From Saccharolobus islandicus REY15A (GTDB lineage Archaea > Thermoproteota > Thermoprotei_A > Sulfolobales > Sulfolobaceae), in the NCBI RefSeq assembly GCF_000189555.1, contig NC_017276.1: DNA of 64,000 nt; one strand, 5' to 3'. Both the position numbers and the translations under genes were made by a program. The notes beneath the pieces are model-generated. The model made no database searches and was not told where the DNA came from. It was given only the letters and a program-made list of their open reading frames with translations. Within the stretch, counting starts at the first letter, position 1; every line of letters starts with the position of its first letter. Shown one piece after another: positions 42,993 through 54,543 of the stretch.

Positions 42993-44678
42993 CTACGTAT
43001 ATAAAGCCTCACCTTTGGATAGTTTTATAGCTACGTCTACAGTTATCTTACTCCTCCTATTAGTAGGACTATGTGCTGATAAATATCTTACTGTGGCTAT
43101 CATGGGAACGTAATTCTCATCGTATTCTTTTAGGGCATTAAATAACGATATTCCAGCATCCACTGTCTGAGCGGTATGAAAACTAACATCTTCTATAAAT
43201 AAAGACCTAATAATTGTTTTAATTAGCGTATCTTCTGGGAATTCTCTAATTAAATAATCATAAACATCTAGAGATGCCTCTTCGATTCTTTTAGAACCTA
43301 TAGCTTCACTCAGTGATTTTATTATTTCTTCTTCATTTCTCGACGTTTTCTCTTTAGGGAGTCTTGCTGGAGGAATATTAAGAAACCTTGTTAAGTAAAG
43401 ATTTCCTACACCATGATAAATTCCTCTAATCAGGTAAAAACTCTCTTTTCTCTCAAAGAGTCTATATAAAGCGTTAGAATATACGAATTGATGATGTACT
43501 GTTTCCCAATCTGAGAAATCATTTTGAGTGTGAAATCTAGCTTCTCTATATGCGGAAGCTAAACCCAAGGCTAAGGCTAAATATTTTGGGGAAGCGTTAG
43601 AGGCTATAGTTTGAGTTACACATTCAAAGGGTTTCTTTGGATCGTCTTGTAGTAAACAATTTACAAGATTATCCATCTCCTTTTGATCGAGCCTTTCTTT
43701 CCCTATTTTCATGTCCTGTGCTTTACTTATTTCACTGTTTATTATACTCACAAGATCGTCCGGTATCCTCCATTTTGGATCTTCTTCATGTCTCATAGCG
43801 TTAGCCAATTGACTAATTAAAGATGCAAAAATTAACCTGGAATTATCCCATCCTATCTTATCTAACAATTCAGTTTCCTTATTTAAATGATCTAGTATAT
43901 GTCCTTCGTCCAAGAAAAAGTGGTCAGTAACTGAAGCTATCATGGCGTCAAGTCCATCTTCGCTTCTCATGCTAATTATTGCTCTTCTGGCAGGATTAAC
44001 TTCCCTTCCTTCTATAAATTCTCTAAACCAATTTTTTAAATTATCAGCATTTTCTAATGGTTCTGGATAGATTACTTTTGGCCTTTCGAAAATTTGTGAA
44101 GAGACGTTTTTAATACCATGTAAAAGGCCCAAGATCCTCCATTCTAATTCAAGGTCATAATTAAGCAAATTAAGTATTATTGTAAAAATATTTAGACCGC
44201 TATTCCATTCATGATCTCTAAGTACGTGAATAGAAACTTCCTTAGCTAAGTCATTTAAGGAAATTCCATTATTTAATAAGTCTATAATAGATTTTGCTAT
44301 AACAAGGTCTATATCATGATCTATTCCTTTTCTTAATCTTTTAACTGCATGATCTTTAACGTCTCTTTCCTTAAAATTTACTATAACTTTATCGTTAACT
44401 ATCTTAGTTTCATAAGTAGTGAGATCGTCTGCCCATAAATCGAATGTCCCACCGTCATTTAAGTTGAACCTAGCATGATGCCAATGGCAAATGAGTATTC
44501 CATCCCTTATTGTTCCTTTAGATAATGGATATCCCATATGTGGACATCTTATATCGCATGCGTATACATTTCCCTTATCGTAAATTATTAGGACATTAAT
44601 TCCGTTTTTATTTATCACGACCGTTCCTTTATCTTTTACCTCTTTCAGAGGTACAGTTATGATTCTTAAATCTTCCAT
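42993..44678 (-). CDS. Rieske [2Fe-2S] domain fused to a large unknown helical domain
   Basis: CPHMG...CHWHHARF at the N-terminus; His/Asp-rich motifs downstream. Confidence 0.8.
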   Translation of the reverse strand: MEDLRIITVPLKEVKDKGTVVINKNGINVLIIYDKGNVYACDIRCPHMGYPLSKGTIRDGILICHWHHARFNLNDGGTFDLWADDLTTYETKIVNDKVIVNFKERDVKDHAVKRLRKGIDHDIDLVIAKSIIDLLNNGISLNDLAKEVSIHVLRDHEWNSGLNIFTIILNLLNYDLELEWRILGLLHGIKNVSSQIFERPKVIYPEPLENADNLKNWFREFIEGREVNPARRAIISMRSEDGLDAMIASVTDHFFLDEGHILDHLNKETELLDKIGWDNSRLIFASLISQLANAMRHEEDPKWRIPDDLVSIINSEISKAQDMKIGKERLDQKEMDNLVNCLLQDDPKKPFECVTQTIASNASPKYLALALGLASAYREARFHTQNDFSDWETVHHQFVYSNALYRLFERKESFYLIRGIYHGVGNLYLTRFLNIPPARLPKEKTSRNEEEIIKSLSEAIGSKRIEEASLDVYDYLIREFPEDTLIKTIIRSLFIEDVSFHTAQTVDAGISLFNALKEYDENYVPMIATVRYLSAHSPTNRRSKITVDVAIKLSKGEALYT

Positions 44679-45333
44679 CTCTTATCACAAGCTACTTAAG
44701 TTAACAGTATAAATAAATAAGACCGTTTATAAAGTTTATAAATCATGTAGTTATAACTCTTAAATCTTCCATTTATAGAGTTATTATTAATTTGCTTTGT
44801 GGAGTTGTTGAATTTTTATAGACCTTGATCTTCTTAGAATTTGATAAATTCAGAATTAAATGTCTAATTGAAATTAGTTTATACTCATGGTATATAACCT
44901 AATCTCAAGGACGGACTCAATATAGCATACTTGATATACGCTCCTAAAATGTTTCTAGCTTAAACAAAAGTCCTCAAAAAGTAAATCATGTATAGTGAGA
45001 TTTGGAACTATAAACTAACTTATTTCCATCATTACTAAGATTGAATAGTACACGTTATTATATGTGAAATTTCCATATTGTCTACTCTTCCTTTATGAAC
45101 TTCAAGATTTAGTTCAACTCCTATAACTTTCTGCATATTCTTTAACTTTTACATTATACTTTTTTAAGAGAACTTGTATTTCAAGATCACTAAAACTTTA
45201 ATCCCATCATTATGAATATCAAATCAACTTTTTTAATCTTATAATATCAATTATATCCCGTAAATTTTGAGAGAATATCTTGTAATTGATTCTAAAAAAT
45301 CATAAAAAGTAATATTAAGTATTACGCATGATA

Positions 45334-46212
45334 TTATTCATATAGTATCTCTTTATGTCTTATGAATGTACCTTTTCTCAAATCGTCAAACGCTTCAATT
45401 ATTTGATCTTCAGTATTCATAACTATTGGTCCATACCAAGCTACTGGCTCATTTAGAGGTCTTCCGGATAATACTATAAAGCTCGCATTTCCGCTAATTT
45501 TAATCTCGTCTCCCTCCCTAGTGAAGATTACTAAATTTCCCTTTCCTATATCTGGAGAATTGGGTGCAAATCTGGCACTACCATCAACCACATAGGCTAA
45601 TACAGTATATCCTTCTTTTACCTTTAACTTCATGTCCCCGTTCAATTTTACGTGAATATATGACGGATCAACATCACTCTTCACCTTAACTGGTCCCTCA
45701 ATTCCAGCGAACTCTCCCGCGAGGACTGATACTTCTCCGAAGTCGAACTTCTCTTTAGGAACACTTTTTACATCCCTATATACTGGCTGTGTCATCTTTT
45801 TGTAAGATGGTAGGTTTATCCATAACTGTAATCCTCTTACTAGGAATGGATCTTGATTATACTTGGGAATCTCTGTACCCTCTAATGGTTTTGGCATTTC
45901 TTGGTGAAATATTCCACTTCCAGCAGTCATCCATTGGACTTGGCCAGGATATATTGTTCCCTTATTACCTAAACTATCTTGGTGTTCCACCTTTCCCTCA
46001 AATAATAGCGTTACAGTCTCAATTCCCCTATGCGGGTGCCAAGGAAATCCATTAATGTACTCCTCAACCTTATTTGAGCCGAAGAAGTCCAGTAATAGGA
46101 AAGGATCTGTTAAATCCACAGTATCTGGTCCGCCAAACACTCTGTAAAGTTTAACCCCAGCGCCATCCATGGTATTTCTTCCTTTAATTACACCATCTAT
46201 TCCCCTAATCAT
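45334..46212 (-). CDS. Pirin family protein
   Basis: DPFLLLD, HPHRGIETVT, WMTAGSGIFHQE and QLWINLP motifs. Confidence 0.93.
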   Translation of the reverse strand: MIRGIDGVIKGRNTMDGAGVKLYRVFGGPDTVDLTDPFLLLDFFGSNKVEEYINGFPWHPHRGIETVTLLFEGKVEHQDSLGNKGTIYPGQVQWMTAGSGIFHQEMPKPLEGTEIPKYNQDPFLVRGLQLWINLPSYKKMTQPVYRDVKSVPKEKFDFGEVSVLAGEFAGIEGPVKVKSDVDPSYIHVKLNGDMKLKVKEGYTVLAYVVDGSARFAPNSPDIGKGNLVIFTREGDEIKISGNASFIVLSGRPLNEPVAWYGPIVMNTEDQIIEAFDDLRKGTFIRHKEILYE

Positions 46213-46285
46213 AAATTAATTTTTGAACTAACTAATAAAAACCTAATCTACCTTAGTTATGATTATTTTATTAAGAGAAAAATGA

Positions 46286-46440
46286 TCAGATACCCTCTTC
46301 CAGCAAGGCATACCTAATGATTGGATCGGAAATTCTATACTCATCATTTCTTTTCTCTATGAATTCTATTTTTATCAATTTCCTATAATTTCTAGAAACT
46401 GTAGTATTGCTGACTTTTCTTCGGTTTTGGCAATTATCTG
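46286..46440 (-). pseudogene. C-terminal fragment of an archaeal ATPase (wHTH tail)
   Basis: LIKIEFIEKRNDEYRISDPIIRYAL. Confidence 0.5.
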
Positions 46441-46483
46441 ACTTCCTTATATAAAACATATTAGTCAGATCTGTATTACACAT

Positions 46484-46638
46484 ATCTGACTGGGGTGTAG
46501 GCCGTTGACTTCCTTGGACTTAAGGCCCGTCGGTGAGCCCGGCCTCCTCCAATTCAGACCGGAAGTTGGACAAAAAGCCCGAATAAAACATAATGGTGAG
46601 TATAAATGGAGGCCCCAGTTGCAGGAATAGATGTATAA
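46484..46638 (+). mobile_element. IS110-family (ISC1190-like) left end with first 10 transposase codons
   Basis: GC-rich non-coding leader, GGTGAG RBS, then MEAPVAGIDV* (46606-46638), the first DEDD Asp motif. Confidence 0.7.
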
Positions 46639-46754
46639 AAAGATAAATTAACTGTACTATAATAAGCAGTTTAACGCTATTGAGTAAAGCAGGTTTCATC
46701 GCTTGCGTAAGTAGTGTGGACTACGCTCGATTTTCAAGGAAAAGTTTTTATACC

Positions 46755-47081
46755 GGAAGCTCACCACCCTGAAAGGGCGATGGTTCCACTCAAGAGGGAT
46801 CATCGTCCCCACCATCAATTCGGGACTACATCTCTCATCTGGTGGGCAGACGAGAGGGCCAGAGACCCCCTCCTATTTAAATTAACTATTGCAATAACAT
46901 CCTTGTCATTCTCATAACCACATTTTGTACAGAGGAAATACCTATAACCGACTTCCTTCATCTTCTTACCACACTTAGGACATGAAACAGAAGAGTACTT
47001 AGGGTTAACAAACTTAACAATCATGCCGTGCTTTTTAGCTTGCCATTTAATCCAATACTGCAAACGACGGTATTGTGTCAA
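46755..47081 (-). pseudogene. tnpB: 3' fragment of TnpB with right end
   Basis: [13 protein letters not shown]...[14 protein letters not shown] zinc finger and RuvC-III; CGCCCTTTCAGGGTG end hairpin. Confidence 0.8.
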
Positions 47082-47126
47082 GTATAGTTTGTAAGTTTTA
47101 TAAACTTTAAACTTTCAGAAAAAAGT

Positions 47127-48263
47127 ATGAACTGGAAATTAGTAGTCTTGGCAATCGGGATGTCGTTAACCTTTTGGGATATATTCAACGTTCCTTACAT
47201 TATAAATTACGCTAGAAAGCAGTTTGAAGTCTCTACAGTTATCGCTAACTTACCATTATCTGCTGAAATGATTGGATATGCAATTGGTGGAGTAATAAAC
47301 GGATTGCTATCATCATTCAAGGGAAGAAAAATTGGGCTATTAACTTCTATGGGACTTGTATCATTAGGATCCCTAATCGGCTTTTTATCGCAAACGTTTT
47401 CATGGATAATCATAGCAGAATTCATTATAGGATTAGGAATAGAAGGAGAAATCAGTGTAGTGCCAACTTATATATCAGAAACCGTATCTGCTGAAAGGAG
47501 AGGTAGGGCAGTTGGGTTAGTTACAGCCTCTGGCTTTTTAACAACGTTGATTGTGGGACCTATTGCAGTAGTCTTAGGAGGCGAATGGAGATTACTTTTC
47601 TTGGCCGGACTTCTAGTTTCTCTGATTGCGTTAATTACTAGGGTTTGGCTGCCTGAATCTCCAATGTGGATTGCCAAAAAGGAGATGAAGTTAAGCTGGG
47701 ATTTCGGAATCCTCATGATGACTATCGTTTGGTTCTTAAGCTATTTTACGGGTTATGCGTTATTTTCTGATCCCATCTTTACCTTTATTAGCTCTCACGG
47801 TTTTACTAATCCTGCGTTGTACTTCACTTATATTCTATATGGTGATCCACTGGGTGTTGTAATTGGTACGTTATTGAACGATAACTTTGAACGCAAGTAT
47901 AGCGTATCATTAGTAAACATTCTAGCTGGGCTGGTAATAGTAGCGTGGTTTTTCAGTAGTGGTTCTCTAATGCTAATAATGGGATTTATGGAAATGTTCT
48001 TGCAAGGTTTCAAATTCCCCACGATGTACACTTACACTGCTGAAATTTTTAGAACGAGAATTAGAACTTTAGGTTATGGTGTTGCTGATGGTATTGGACA
48101 CTTAGGCGGTGCAATTGGTCCAATAATCTTTTCCTTAGCGTATGTTAACATGCGATTATTATCATTTATAGTTTTAGCAGTTGTAGCTGGTATTGCAGGG
48201 GCTATAGTGGGCATATGGGGAATTAGAACTACTGGAAAACCATTAGAGAGTATTAAAGGATAG
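47127..48263 (+). CDS. MFS transporter
   Basis: KGRK, YISETVSAERRGR and EIFRTRIR motifs. Confidence 0.88.
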   Translation: MNWKLVVLAIGMSLTFWDIFNVPYIINYARKQFEVSTVIANLPLSAEMIGYAIGGVINGLLSSFKGRKIGLLTSMGLVSLGSLIGFLSQTFSWIIIAEFIIGLGIEGEISVVPTYISETVSAERRGRAVGLVTASGFLTTLIVGPIAVVLGGEWRLLFLAGLLVSLIALITRVWLPESPMWIAKKEMKLSWDFGILMMTIVWFLSYFTGYALFSDPIFTFISSHGFTNPALYFTYILYGDPLGVVIGTLLNDNFERKYSVSLVNILAGLVIVAWFFSSGSLMLIMGFMEMFLQGFKFPTMYTYTAEIFRTRIRTLGYGVADGIGHLGGAIGPIIFSLAYVNMRLLSFIVLAVVAGIAGAIVGIWGIRTTGKPLESIKG

Positions 48264-48462
48264 TATTTTTGTTCCTTTTACTTTTGATTCTCTATATATA
48301 AGTGTTATCCTTAAAAAGGTATAGTTAGCTTGGAGATCGTAAGCCAAGATTCAATATCATAGCAGCACACTATTCAATTTTGTTTTAATCTCAAATTTTA
48401 AAATCTTCACAGTATAATTTGAAAGCTCAACATTTAAGATATCCTTTGCTAAATATCATATT

Positions 48463-49206
48463 ATGGTAAAAATCCTCTCTGAAAGAAGAAAAGACGTTTG
48501 TTGGATCACATTAAATAGACCAGAAAAGTTAAATGCCCTAGATAAGGAAAGCTGGAGTCTCTTAGCAAAACACTTGAGGGATTGTAATGACGATCAGTCA
48601 ATTTCAGCAATAGTCTTAACTGGCAATGGAAGAGCTTTCTCCGCAGGAGATGATATCAATGCCATGTTAGAGTTAAAGGATCAAAGAGATGCCCTAGACT
48701 TCTTCAACGCTTTATATAGCGCGATTGAAAGTCTAGTGGATTTAAAGAAGCCATTATTATGTGCAGTTAATGGGCTTGCTTATGGCGGTGGTTGCGAGAT
48801 ACTCCTTTTCTGTGATGTGATAATTTCAGTTGACGACGCTACTTTTTCAATTCCAGAAGGAAAGTTGGGATTAATTCCGCCAATGGCAATATCAGTAGGT
48901 TATTCAATATTGGGTAGATCAATTACTAGGCTAGCATTAACTGGAGATTCCATAACTGCTGAAGAGGCTAAAACTATAGGGCTGGTTGATATAGTGGTCA
49001 AAAGGGAAGACCTTTATACAGAAGTTGAGAAACAGTTAGAGAAAATCAAAAGTATTGATATGAATTCTATTATGACTATGAAGTATTGGTTGAAAAACGA
49101 TAAGGAGAAGATAAGAAATGCAGTCATGGAGTTGGCGTTGATGTCATTGGGGGATTCCGCAAAAAAGAGAATGAATGAATTCATAAATAGAAAACGAACA
49201 CGATAA
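48463..49206 (+). CDS. Enoyl-CoA hydratase/isomerase family protein
   Basis: LNRPEKLNA, FSAGDD, GGGCE and PEGKLG motifs. Confidence 0.9.
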   Translation: MVKILSERRKDVCWITLNRPEKLNALDKESWSLLAKHLRDCNDDQSISAIVLTGNGRAFSAGDDINAMLELKDQRDALDFFNALYSAIESLVDLKKPLLCAVNGLAYGGGCEILLFCDVIISVDDATFSIPEGKLGLIPPMAISVGYSILGRSITRLALTGDSITAEEAKTIGLVDIVVKREDLYTEVEKQLEKIKSIDMNSIMTMKYWLKNDKEKIRNAVMELALMSLGDSAKKRMNEFINRKRTR

Positions 49207-49338
49207 AGTTTTGACTAGATTCATCTATATAAATCTTAATATCATAATACGTTAGATAATTATCACTAAAGCTATTATGTTAAATAACATTATAATGCTT
49301 AATAATGTGTTAAACATATTTATATTTTATGTGATAGC

Positions 49339-50382
49339 ATGAGAGCAGTTAGATTAGTAGAAATAGGAAAACCTCTCGTTTTAAAAGATATAGATATACC
49401 TAAACCTAAGGGAGCACAAGTTTTGATAAAGGTAGAGGCTGCGGGAGTTTGTCATTCTGATGTTCACATGAGACAAGGGAGATTTGGGAATTTAAGAATA
49501 GTAGAAGATTTGGGTGTGAAATTGCCGGTAACTTTAGGTCACGAGATCGCAGGAAAAATAGAGGAAATGGGAGATGAAGTTGTTGGATACTCTAAGGGTG
49601 ATCTAGTTGCAGTTAACCCTTGGCAGGGAGAAGGAAATTGCTATTATTGTAGAATAGGGGAAGAGCATTTGTGCGATTCTCCTAGATGGTTAGGAATTAA
49701 CTTTGATGGAGCTTACGCAGAATATGTGTTAATACCTCATTATAAATATATGTACAAGCTGAGAAGACTTAATGCCGTAGAAGCATCACCTTTAACTTGT
49801 TCTGGAATAACTACATATAGGGCAGTTAGAAAAGCATCATTAGACCCAACTAAGACATTAGTAGTAGTAGGGGCTGGTGGCGGTTTAGGAACAATGGCGG
49901 TACAGATAGCTAAAGCTGTCAGTGGTGCAACGATAATAGGTGTAGATGTGAGAGAGGAGGCAGTAGAGACTGCTAAGAGAGCTGGAGCCGATTACGTAAT
50001 AAATGCGTCAGTTCAAGATCCCTTAGCGGAAATAAGGAGAATAACCGAAGGTAAGGGAATCGACGCTGTAATAGACCTAAATAACTCTGAGAAAACGCTT
50101 TCAGTTTATCCAAAAGCTTTGGCAAAACAAGGTAAGTACATAATGGTGGGATTATTCGGAGCGGATTTGCATTTTCACGCACCATTAATAACTTTGTCAG
50201 AAATACAATTCGTAGGTAGTTTAGTTGGAAACCAATCAGACTTTTTGGGGATAATGAGATTAGCAGAGGCTGGTAAAGTTAAACCAATGATAACTAAGAG
50301 CATGAAATTAGAAGAGGCAAATGAGGCGATTGATAATCTAGAGAATTTTAAAGCTGTCGGAAGACAAGTACTTATACCATAA
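49339..50382 (+). CDS. adh: NAD-dependent Zn alcohol dehydrogenase (Sulfolobus ADH)
   Basis: Close match to the well-known S. solfataricus ADH sequence (GVCHSD, GHE, CYYC). Confidence 0.95.
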   Translation: MRAVRLVEIGKPLVLKDIDIPKPKGAQVLIKVEAAGVCHSDVHMRQGRFGNLRIVEDLGVKLPVTLGHEIAGKIEEMGDEVVGYSKGDLVAVNPWQGEGNCYYCRIGEEHLCDSPRWLGINFDGAYAEYVLIPHYKYMYKLRRLNAVEASPLTCSGITTYRAVRKASLDPTKTLVVVGAGGGLGTMAVQIAKAVSGATIIGVDVREEAVETAKRAGADYVINASVQDPLAEIRRITEGKGIDAVIDLNNSEKTLSVYPKALAKQGKYIMVGLFGADLHFHAPLITLSEIQFVGSLVGNQSDFLGIMRLAEAGKVKPMITKSMKLEEANEAIDNLENFKAVGRQVLIP

Positions 50383-50427
50383 AAATCTTAACTTATCTTA
50401 TAAAACAGCTCTCAAGTTTAAAGCTAT

Positions 50428-52242
50428 TCAAGTTTTTTCTAATCTAAATGGGGATACTGAATCACCATATTTGCTAATATAATCAATAATTCTCTTTCTT
50501 TGCATTTCTAACTCACTAATAATCTCAGAGGGAATATCATCAAATTTAAGGTAAATCCCAATTATACGGTCTGTTTTCTCTAAGTATCTTTTCAATTTTA
50601 TTTTAAATTGTTTTTCATATTCTTCCTTACTGTACTCCCTTCCTAAAACTCTTTTGTATAGAGCTTTTAGATCTTCATAAAGTGGTATGAAGCCAATAGG
50701 CGTATAGATCGCATCAGTAGTTTCCTCCACTCTCTTTACAGCCCAGCTAACCCATATTCTCTTGTCCTCTTTTGAATTCATGAATTTATTATTTTCATCT
50801 TTTAGAAAATAGTTAAACCCAAATATTTTAGGACTCCTCCTTAATCTTTTACCGAAATTCAAATAGTTTCTTAAATACCTACTGAGCGAGATAGGCATAA
50901 AGTCTAAAATCGCCATTGGATTAAACTCTAACTCATCGGATTTCCCGATTACAGCTGAGGTTCTAGCAGACTCCATTGAAGCTCCAATAGTCGCAACTCC
51001 ATGAGACCATGAAAAGGCCTCAACAACTGGAATAAGAGTACTGTAGTCTCTTACGCCAAATATTATGCCATCTATAACGACACCATTTGGATTATCCCAA
51101 TTCCCATCTAAATTCTTGAATGAAGTTAAAGGAACTGTGAATCTAGCGTTCGGATGGGAGGCTGGCTTACCGCTTTCCCTAATCCATTTCCCCTCATAGT
51201 TATATCCCCTTTCGGGTTTTGGCAATTCACTCCCCTCCCAGTATACATCGCCATCTTCAGTCATTAATACATTAGAGAATATCACTTCTCCAGACTTGTG
51301 GAGAACTTCCCATATTATTGGATCGTCCCTAGCATTTATACCCTGTATAATGCCGAAAACTCCAATTTCTGGATTTACTGCTTTAGGAAAACCGTCAAAT
51401 TCCCTTATAAACGCTAGGTCATCGCTTATCAGACTCCCAATCATGGAAGTAGAAGTCTTTCCACTTCCAGAAGGAAATGATGCTGTGAAGTAATGTATAC
51501 CATTATCTCCATTGAACCCTATTATAGCCATATGTTCGGAGAGCCAGCCTTCTTCTGCTGCCTTAGTTATAGTTAACCTTAAAGCTAACTTCTTTAAGCC
51601 CACACTGTTACCGGCGTAAGTAGTGTTAATGCTATAAACAGTATTATCTGCTAGGTCAATCATTATTCTCCTTTTTCTTATATCTAGTTCTCCTTTTGAG
51701 TGGACAAATCTCAAAAACTGCTTATTATTATTAAAATCTCCAAATGCATTTCTATATAATATATTTTCACTATGAATAACGTATGGAGAATCAGTCACTT
51801 GGACTGCTAAAATTTGGAAGGGAGAATTTCTAGGACCTAGAGAATAAAATCCCACATACATTTCTCTACCCCTCATTGATCCCTTAAGTAAACCTAGAAT
51901 CTCATTTAAGCCCTCATTCCTAGGTTTAGTATTAACATAGGGGATCTTTGAATCTGTGAGTATGAACGTATCTTCTCTGGCCCTAGCCTGATCTAAAGGG
52001 TGATCAAAATGTATGGTATGCCCACTAGTCTTTAGTTTAATCTCTTCCCCTCTTTCCAGAGCTTTTTTCCTTATATACTCTTTCTCCTCATTTCTTCCTG
52101 TTATAAGATATACGCTATCCGGTTCACATAATTTAACTACGTTACTTAAAAATTCAATTAATCGATAATTATTTAGAGATTCTAATTTTTTTACTGAATC
52201 TCCATGAACTAAATCGTTTAAAAAATCTAAACTAACCTTCAT
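50428..52242 (-). CDS. pckG: GTP-dependent phosphoenolpyruvate carboxykinase
   Basis: [23 protein letters not shown] and HPNARF motifs. Confidence 0.9.
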   Translation of the reverse strand: MKVSLDFLNDLVHGDSVKKLESLNNYRLIEFLSNVVKLCEPDSVYLITGRNEEKEYIRKKALERGEEIKLKTSGHTIHFDHPLDQARAREDTFILTDSKIPYVNTKPRNEGLNEILGLLKGSMRGREMYVGFYSLGPRNSPFQILAVQVTDSPYVIHSENILYRNAFGDFNNNKQFLRFVHSKGELDIRKRRIMIDLADNTVYSINTTYAGNSVGLKKLALRLTITKAAEEGWLSEHMAIIGFNGDNGIHYFTASFPSGSGKTSTSMIGSLISDDLAFIREFDGFPKAVNPEIGVFGIIQGINARDDPIIWEVLHKSGEVIFSNVLMTEDGDVYWEGSELPKPERGYNYEGKWIRESGKPASHPNARFTVPLTSFKNLDGNWDNPNGVVIDGIIFGVRDYSTLIPVVEAFSWSHGVATIGASMESARTSAVIGKSDELEFNPMAILDFMPISLSRYLRNYLNFGKRLRRSPKIFGFNYFLKDENNKFMNSKEDKRIWVSWAVKRVEETTDAIYTPIGFIPLYEDLKALYKRVLGREYSKEEYEKQFKIKLKRYLEKTDRIIGIYLKFDDIPSEIISELEMQRKRIIDYISKYGDSVSPFRLEKT

Positions 52243-52416
52243 GTTATATTTATAGTATTTAAGAGTATAAATGTTTTCCTTTTAACAAGTTATAATCAAT
52301 CATTTAATAGCCCATCATCAAATGCTGTCAATTAGAGAACTCATTATTGGCTCTAATAATTCAACCATTTTATATTTATACACAAGTGTTGAGCTTCTTT
52401 AGATGGCACTTAAGAT

Positions 52417-53814
52417 TTAAGGATATCCGTACTCTTTCATGAGCCTATCCATGGCGCAATAGGTCGGAAACGTCTTATAAGCGTTATATCCCACCTCGTA
52501 AAATTGACTTAACGCTAACTTGATCTTTTTGAGAAACTCCTCATACTCCTTGTTATCATCGTAAACGTTCAATGGAAGGAGAGTTTCCCTATCTTCACCA
52601 AAAAGCCATCCATTATAGCCGTCATTTATTATCTCTGGGACAGCACCATCTCTAGACGCTATAGATGGGACTCCATTAATTCCTGCCTTCATGAAACTAG
52701 TACCACTGGCCTCCCAACCGGAGAATGGTGTAAATGTCCATATATCACTGGCCCATATGGCGAGTTTCATTAAATTTGCATCAGCACCCCTTACAAAGAT
52801 TACATTGTTTTTCATTTCAGAAATTTCCTTTAATCTTCTCTCCATTTCCACAGCAGAATAATCCTTAGGATGAGCTAATCCGCCTATTATAAAGAAAACG
52901 TCGTCCTTTAAATCATCAATTAATCTTAAAATGAAATCTGGTCTCTTATACGCTGTAATCCTCCTTAACCAAGCTATGGTAGGTTTATCAGTATCTTTTC
53001 CCAATTTCTTAATAATATCTCTTTTAACTTCCTTCCTCTTTTTGATGAAGTCGTCCAGATCTTTAACGTCATTAAGTAATGGATGTCTCCATCTTGGAAT
53101 TTCAACTCCATTAGTCACTGCCCTTATTTTATACATGTGTTGAGGAAAAGTTCTACCAACATGTTTTAACATCTTTTTCGATACTACAATACCTTCTATT
53201 GACGATGAAAGTCCAATATCTGTCATCACCACGTGATCTAGAGGAAACTCATAACCGAACTCCTTTTTAAACAAATATGAAGGAAAGGTGGGATGGCCCC
53301 AAGGTGCAGGTGTATGAATTATAATTCTATAACTGGGGAAATACCTTATGAGTGGAAGGAAGGCTGGACAAGCCTCTTGCATATCAACGTATTTTACCTT
53401 ATCCCATCCTATTCTTTCGTTAATGTAATTTTCCGCAACCCTAGCTAATAGAAGACATTTATAAAACCTCTCCTCGTCGCTATTCTCCACGTAAAGTTGA
53501 TCATTAAACTTAGTGTTTAATGGATTAGCAAAGATAGCTTTTGCAGTATTTAAAGTGTAAGCCAAATATTCAACCTTTATTCTTTGACCTCCAAGGGTAA
53601 TTTCACTTTCCCATTCCTTATTTAAATTAGATAATAGTTCTTTTTGTTTTTCCTCTCCGTTAACATAGCCTCTTCTATAAAATAGCGTAATTACTGTATA
53701 GTTAATACTTAATCTAGATGCAGCGTAAAATTTATCCCCTTCGAGAATACCTAGGCCTCCAGCGAAATTTTGACCAATGTCCAAGCCAAGCTCAGCTGTA
53801 ACGCTTACAATCAT
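52417..53814 (-). CDS. Alpha-glucan (glycogen/maltodextrin) phosphorylase-like GT35 protein
   Basis: FAGGLGILEGD, VTNGV, RRITAYKR and EASGTSFMK motifs; ATG at 53814 preferred. Confidence 0.85.
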   Translation of the reverse strand: MIVSVTAELGLDIGQNFAGGLGILEGDKFYAASRLSINYTVITLFYRRGYVNGEEKQKELLSNLNKEWESEITLGGQRIKVEYLAYTLNTAKAIFANPLNTKFNDQLYVENSDEERFYKCLLLARVAENYINERIGWDKVKYVDMQEACPAFLPLIRYFPSYRIIIHTPAPWGHPTFPSYLFKKEFGYEFPLDHVVMTDIGLSSSIEGIVVSKKMLKHVGRTFPQHMYKIRAVTNGVEIPRWRHPLLNDVKDLDDFIKKRKEVKRDIIKKLGKDTDKPTIAWLRRITAYKRPDFILRLIDDLKDDVFFIIGGLAHPKDYSAVEMERRLKEISEMKNNVIFVRGADANLMKLAIWASDIWTFTPFSGWEASGTSFMKAGINGVPSIASRDGAVPEIINDGYNGWLFGEDRETLLPLNVYDDNKEYEEFLKKIKLALSQFYEVGYNAYKTFPTYCAMDRLMKEYGYP

Positions 53815-53858
53815 ATCTCTTTGCTTCCTCAATGATAGATTAAAAAACTATTTGCAAA

Positions 53859-54452
53859 TCATATTAGACTTACGCTTATACTTTTCTTACCCTCCACTCT
53901 TATCTTATCTCCTTTTTTAACGCTAGTCGGGCCAATAAATACTCCCAAGGAAACGTAACCCTTCATGTACTCCTTAACCTTTTCCTCTGGCTTATATTTT
54001 GGCTCACCTTCTCCTACGAACTTATCGTTTATATAAAGCTTAAATGAACCGAAAGGAGGATCAATTTCTGGTCCTACATACAACCTAGCTGCAAAGATAT
54101 TATCTGCAACAATGTAATGTGAAGGGAGATCCCATGTAGTAAACCTTGGAGCTGGAATTTCCAATCCTAGGAATGTCCTTTTAACTTCGCCGTTTTCAAC
54201 TAGGGTAACTATCTCAACTTCTAATTTGTGATTTCTAAACCACAATTCTACCGTATTTTCTCTGGTTATCATTGGCTTTGTCAATACTCCTTCCCCGAAA
54301 CCAGATAATTTGTACCCGCCTAAACCCTCGCTATTTATAAGAATCTCTATAAATTCCTCCTTAACCTTCTTAGCCTCATCTTCAGTTAGGGGAAAGGGTT
54401 CTATCTCCTTCCTACTCTTGTATGCGTTAAATAATAACTCAGCTTTTTTCAT
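53859..54452 (-). CDS. Short 2-keto-4-pentenoate-hydratase-like (FAH fold) protein
   Basis: [17 protein letters not shown] and ADN motifs. Confidence 0.6.
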   Translation of the reverse strand: MKKAELLFNAYKSRKEIEPFPLTEDEAKKVKEEFIEILINSEGLGGYKLSGFGEGVLTKPMITRENTVELWFRNHKLEVEIVTLVENGEVKRTFLGLEIPAPRFTTWDLPSHYIVADNIFAARLYVGPEIDPPFGSFKLYINDKFVGEGEPKYKPEEKVKEYMKGYVSLGVFIGPTSVKKGDKIRVEGKKSISVSLI

Positions 54453-54543
54453 TAATATTTAACGAGAAAAATTAGATTAAATATTTTTCCTAGTCAATAT
54501 GTGAGTGGAATAGTCTTATATCCCTAGCTATCAAATATTACAC

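Noticed and set aside
46484-46570. GC-rich stretch as a tRNA or housekeeping ncRNA
   Set aside because: No cloverleaf or T-loop motif; it leads directly into an IS110 transposase start.
53158-53165. AACATGTT or AACAAGTT octamers outside the island (also 11476, 57256, 63522)
   Set aside because: Mostly inside coding sequence, not at promoter spacing and not matching the 12-bp consensus; several chance hits are expected in 64 kb of AT-rich DNA.
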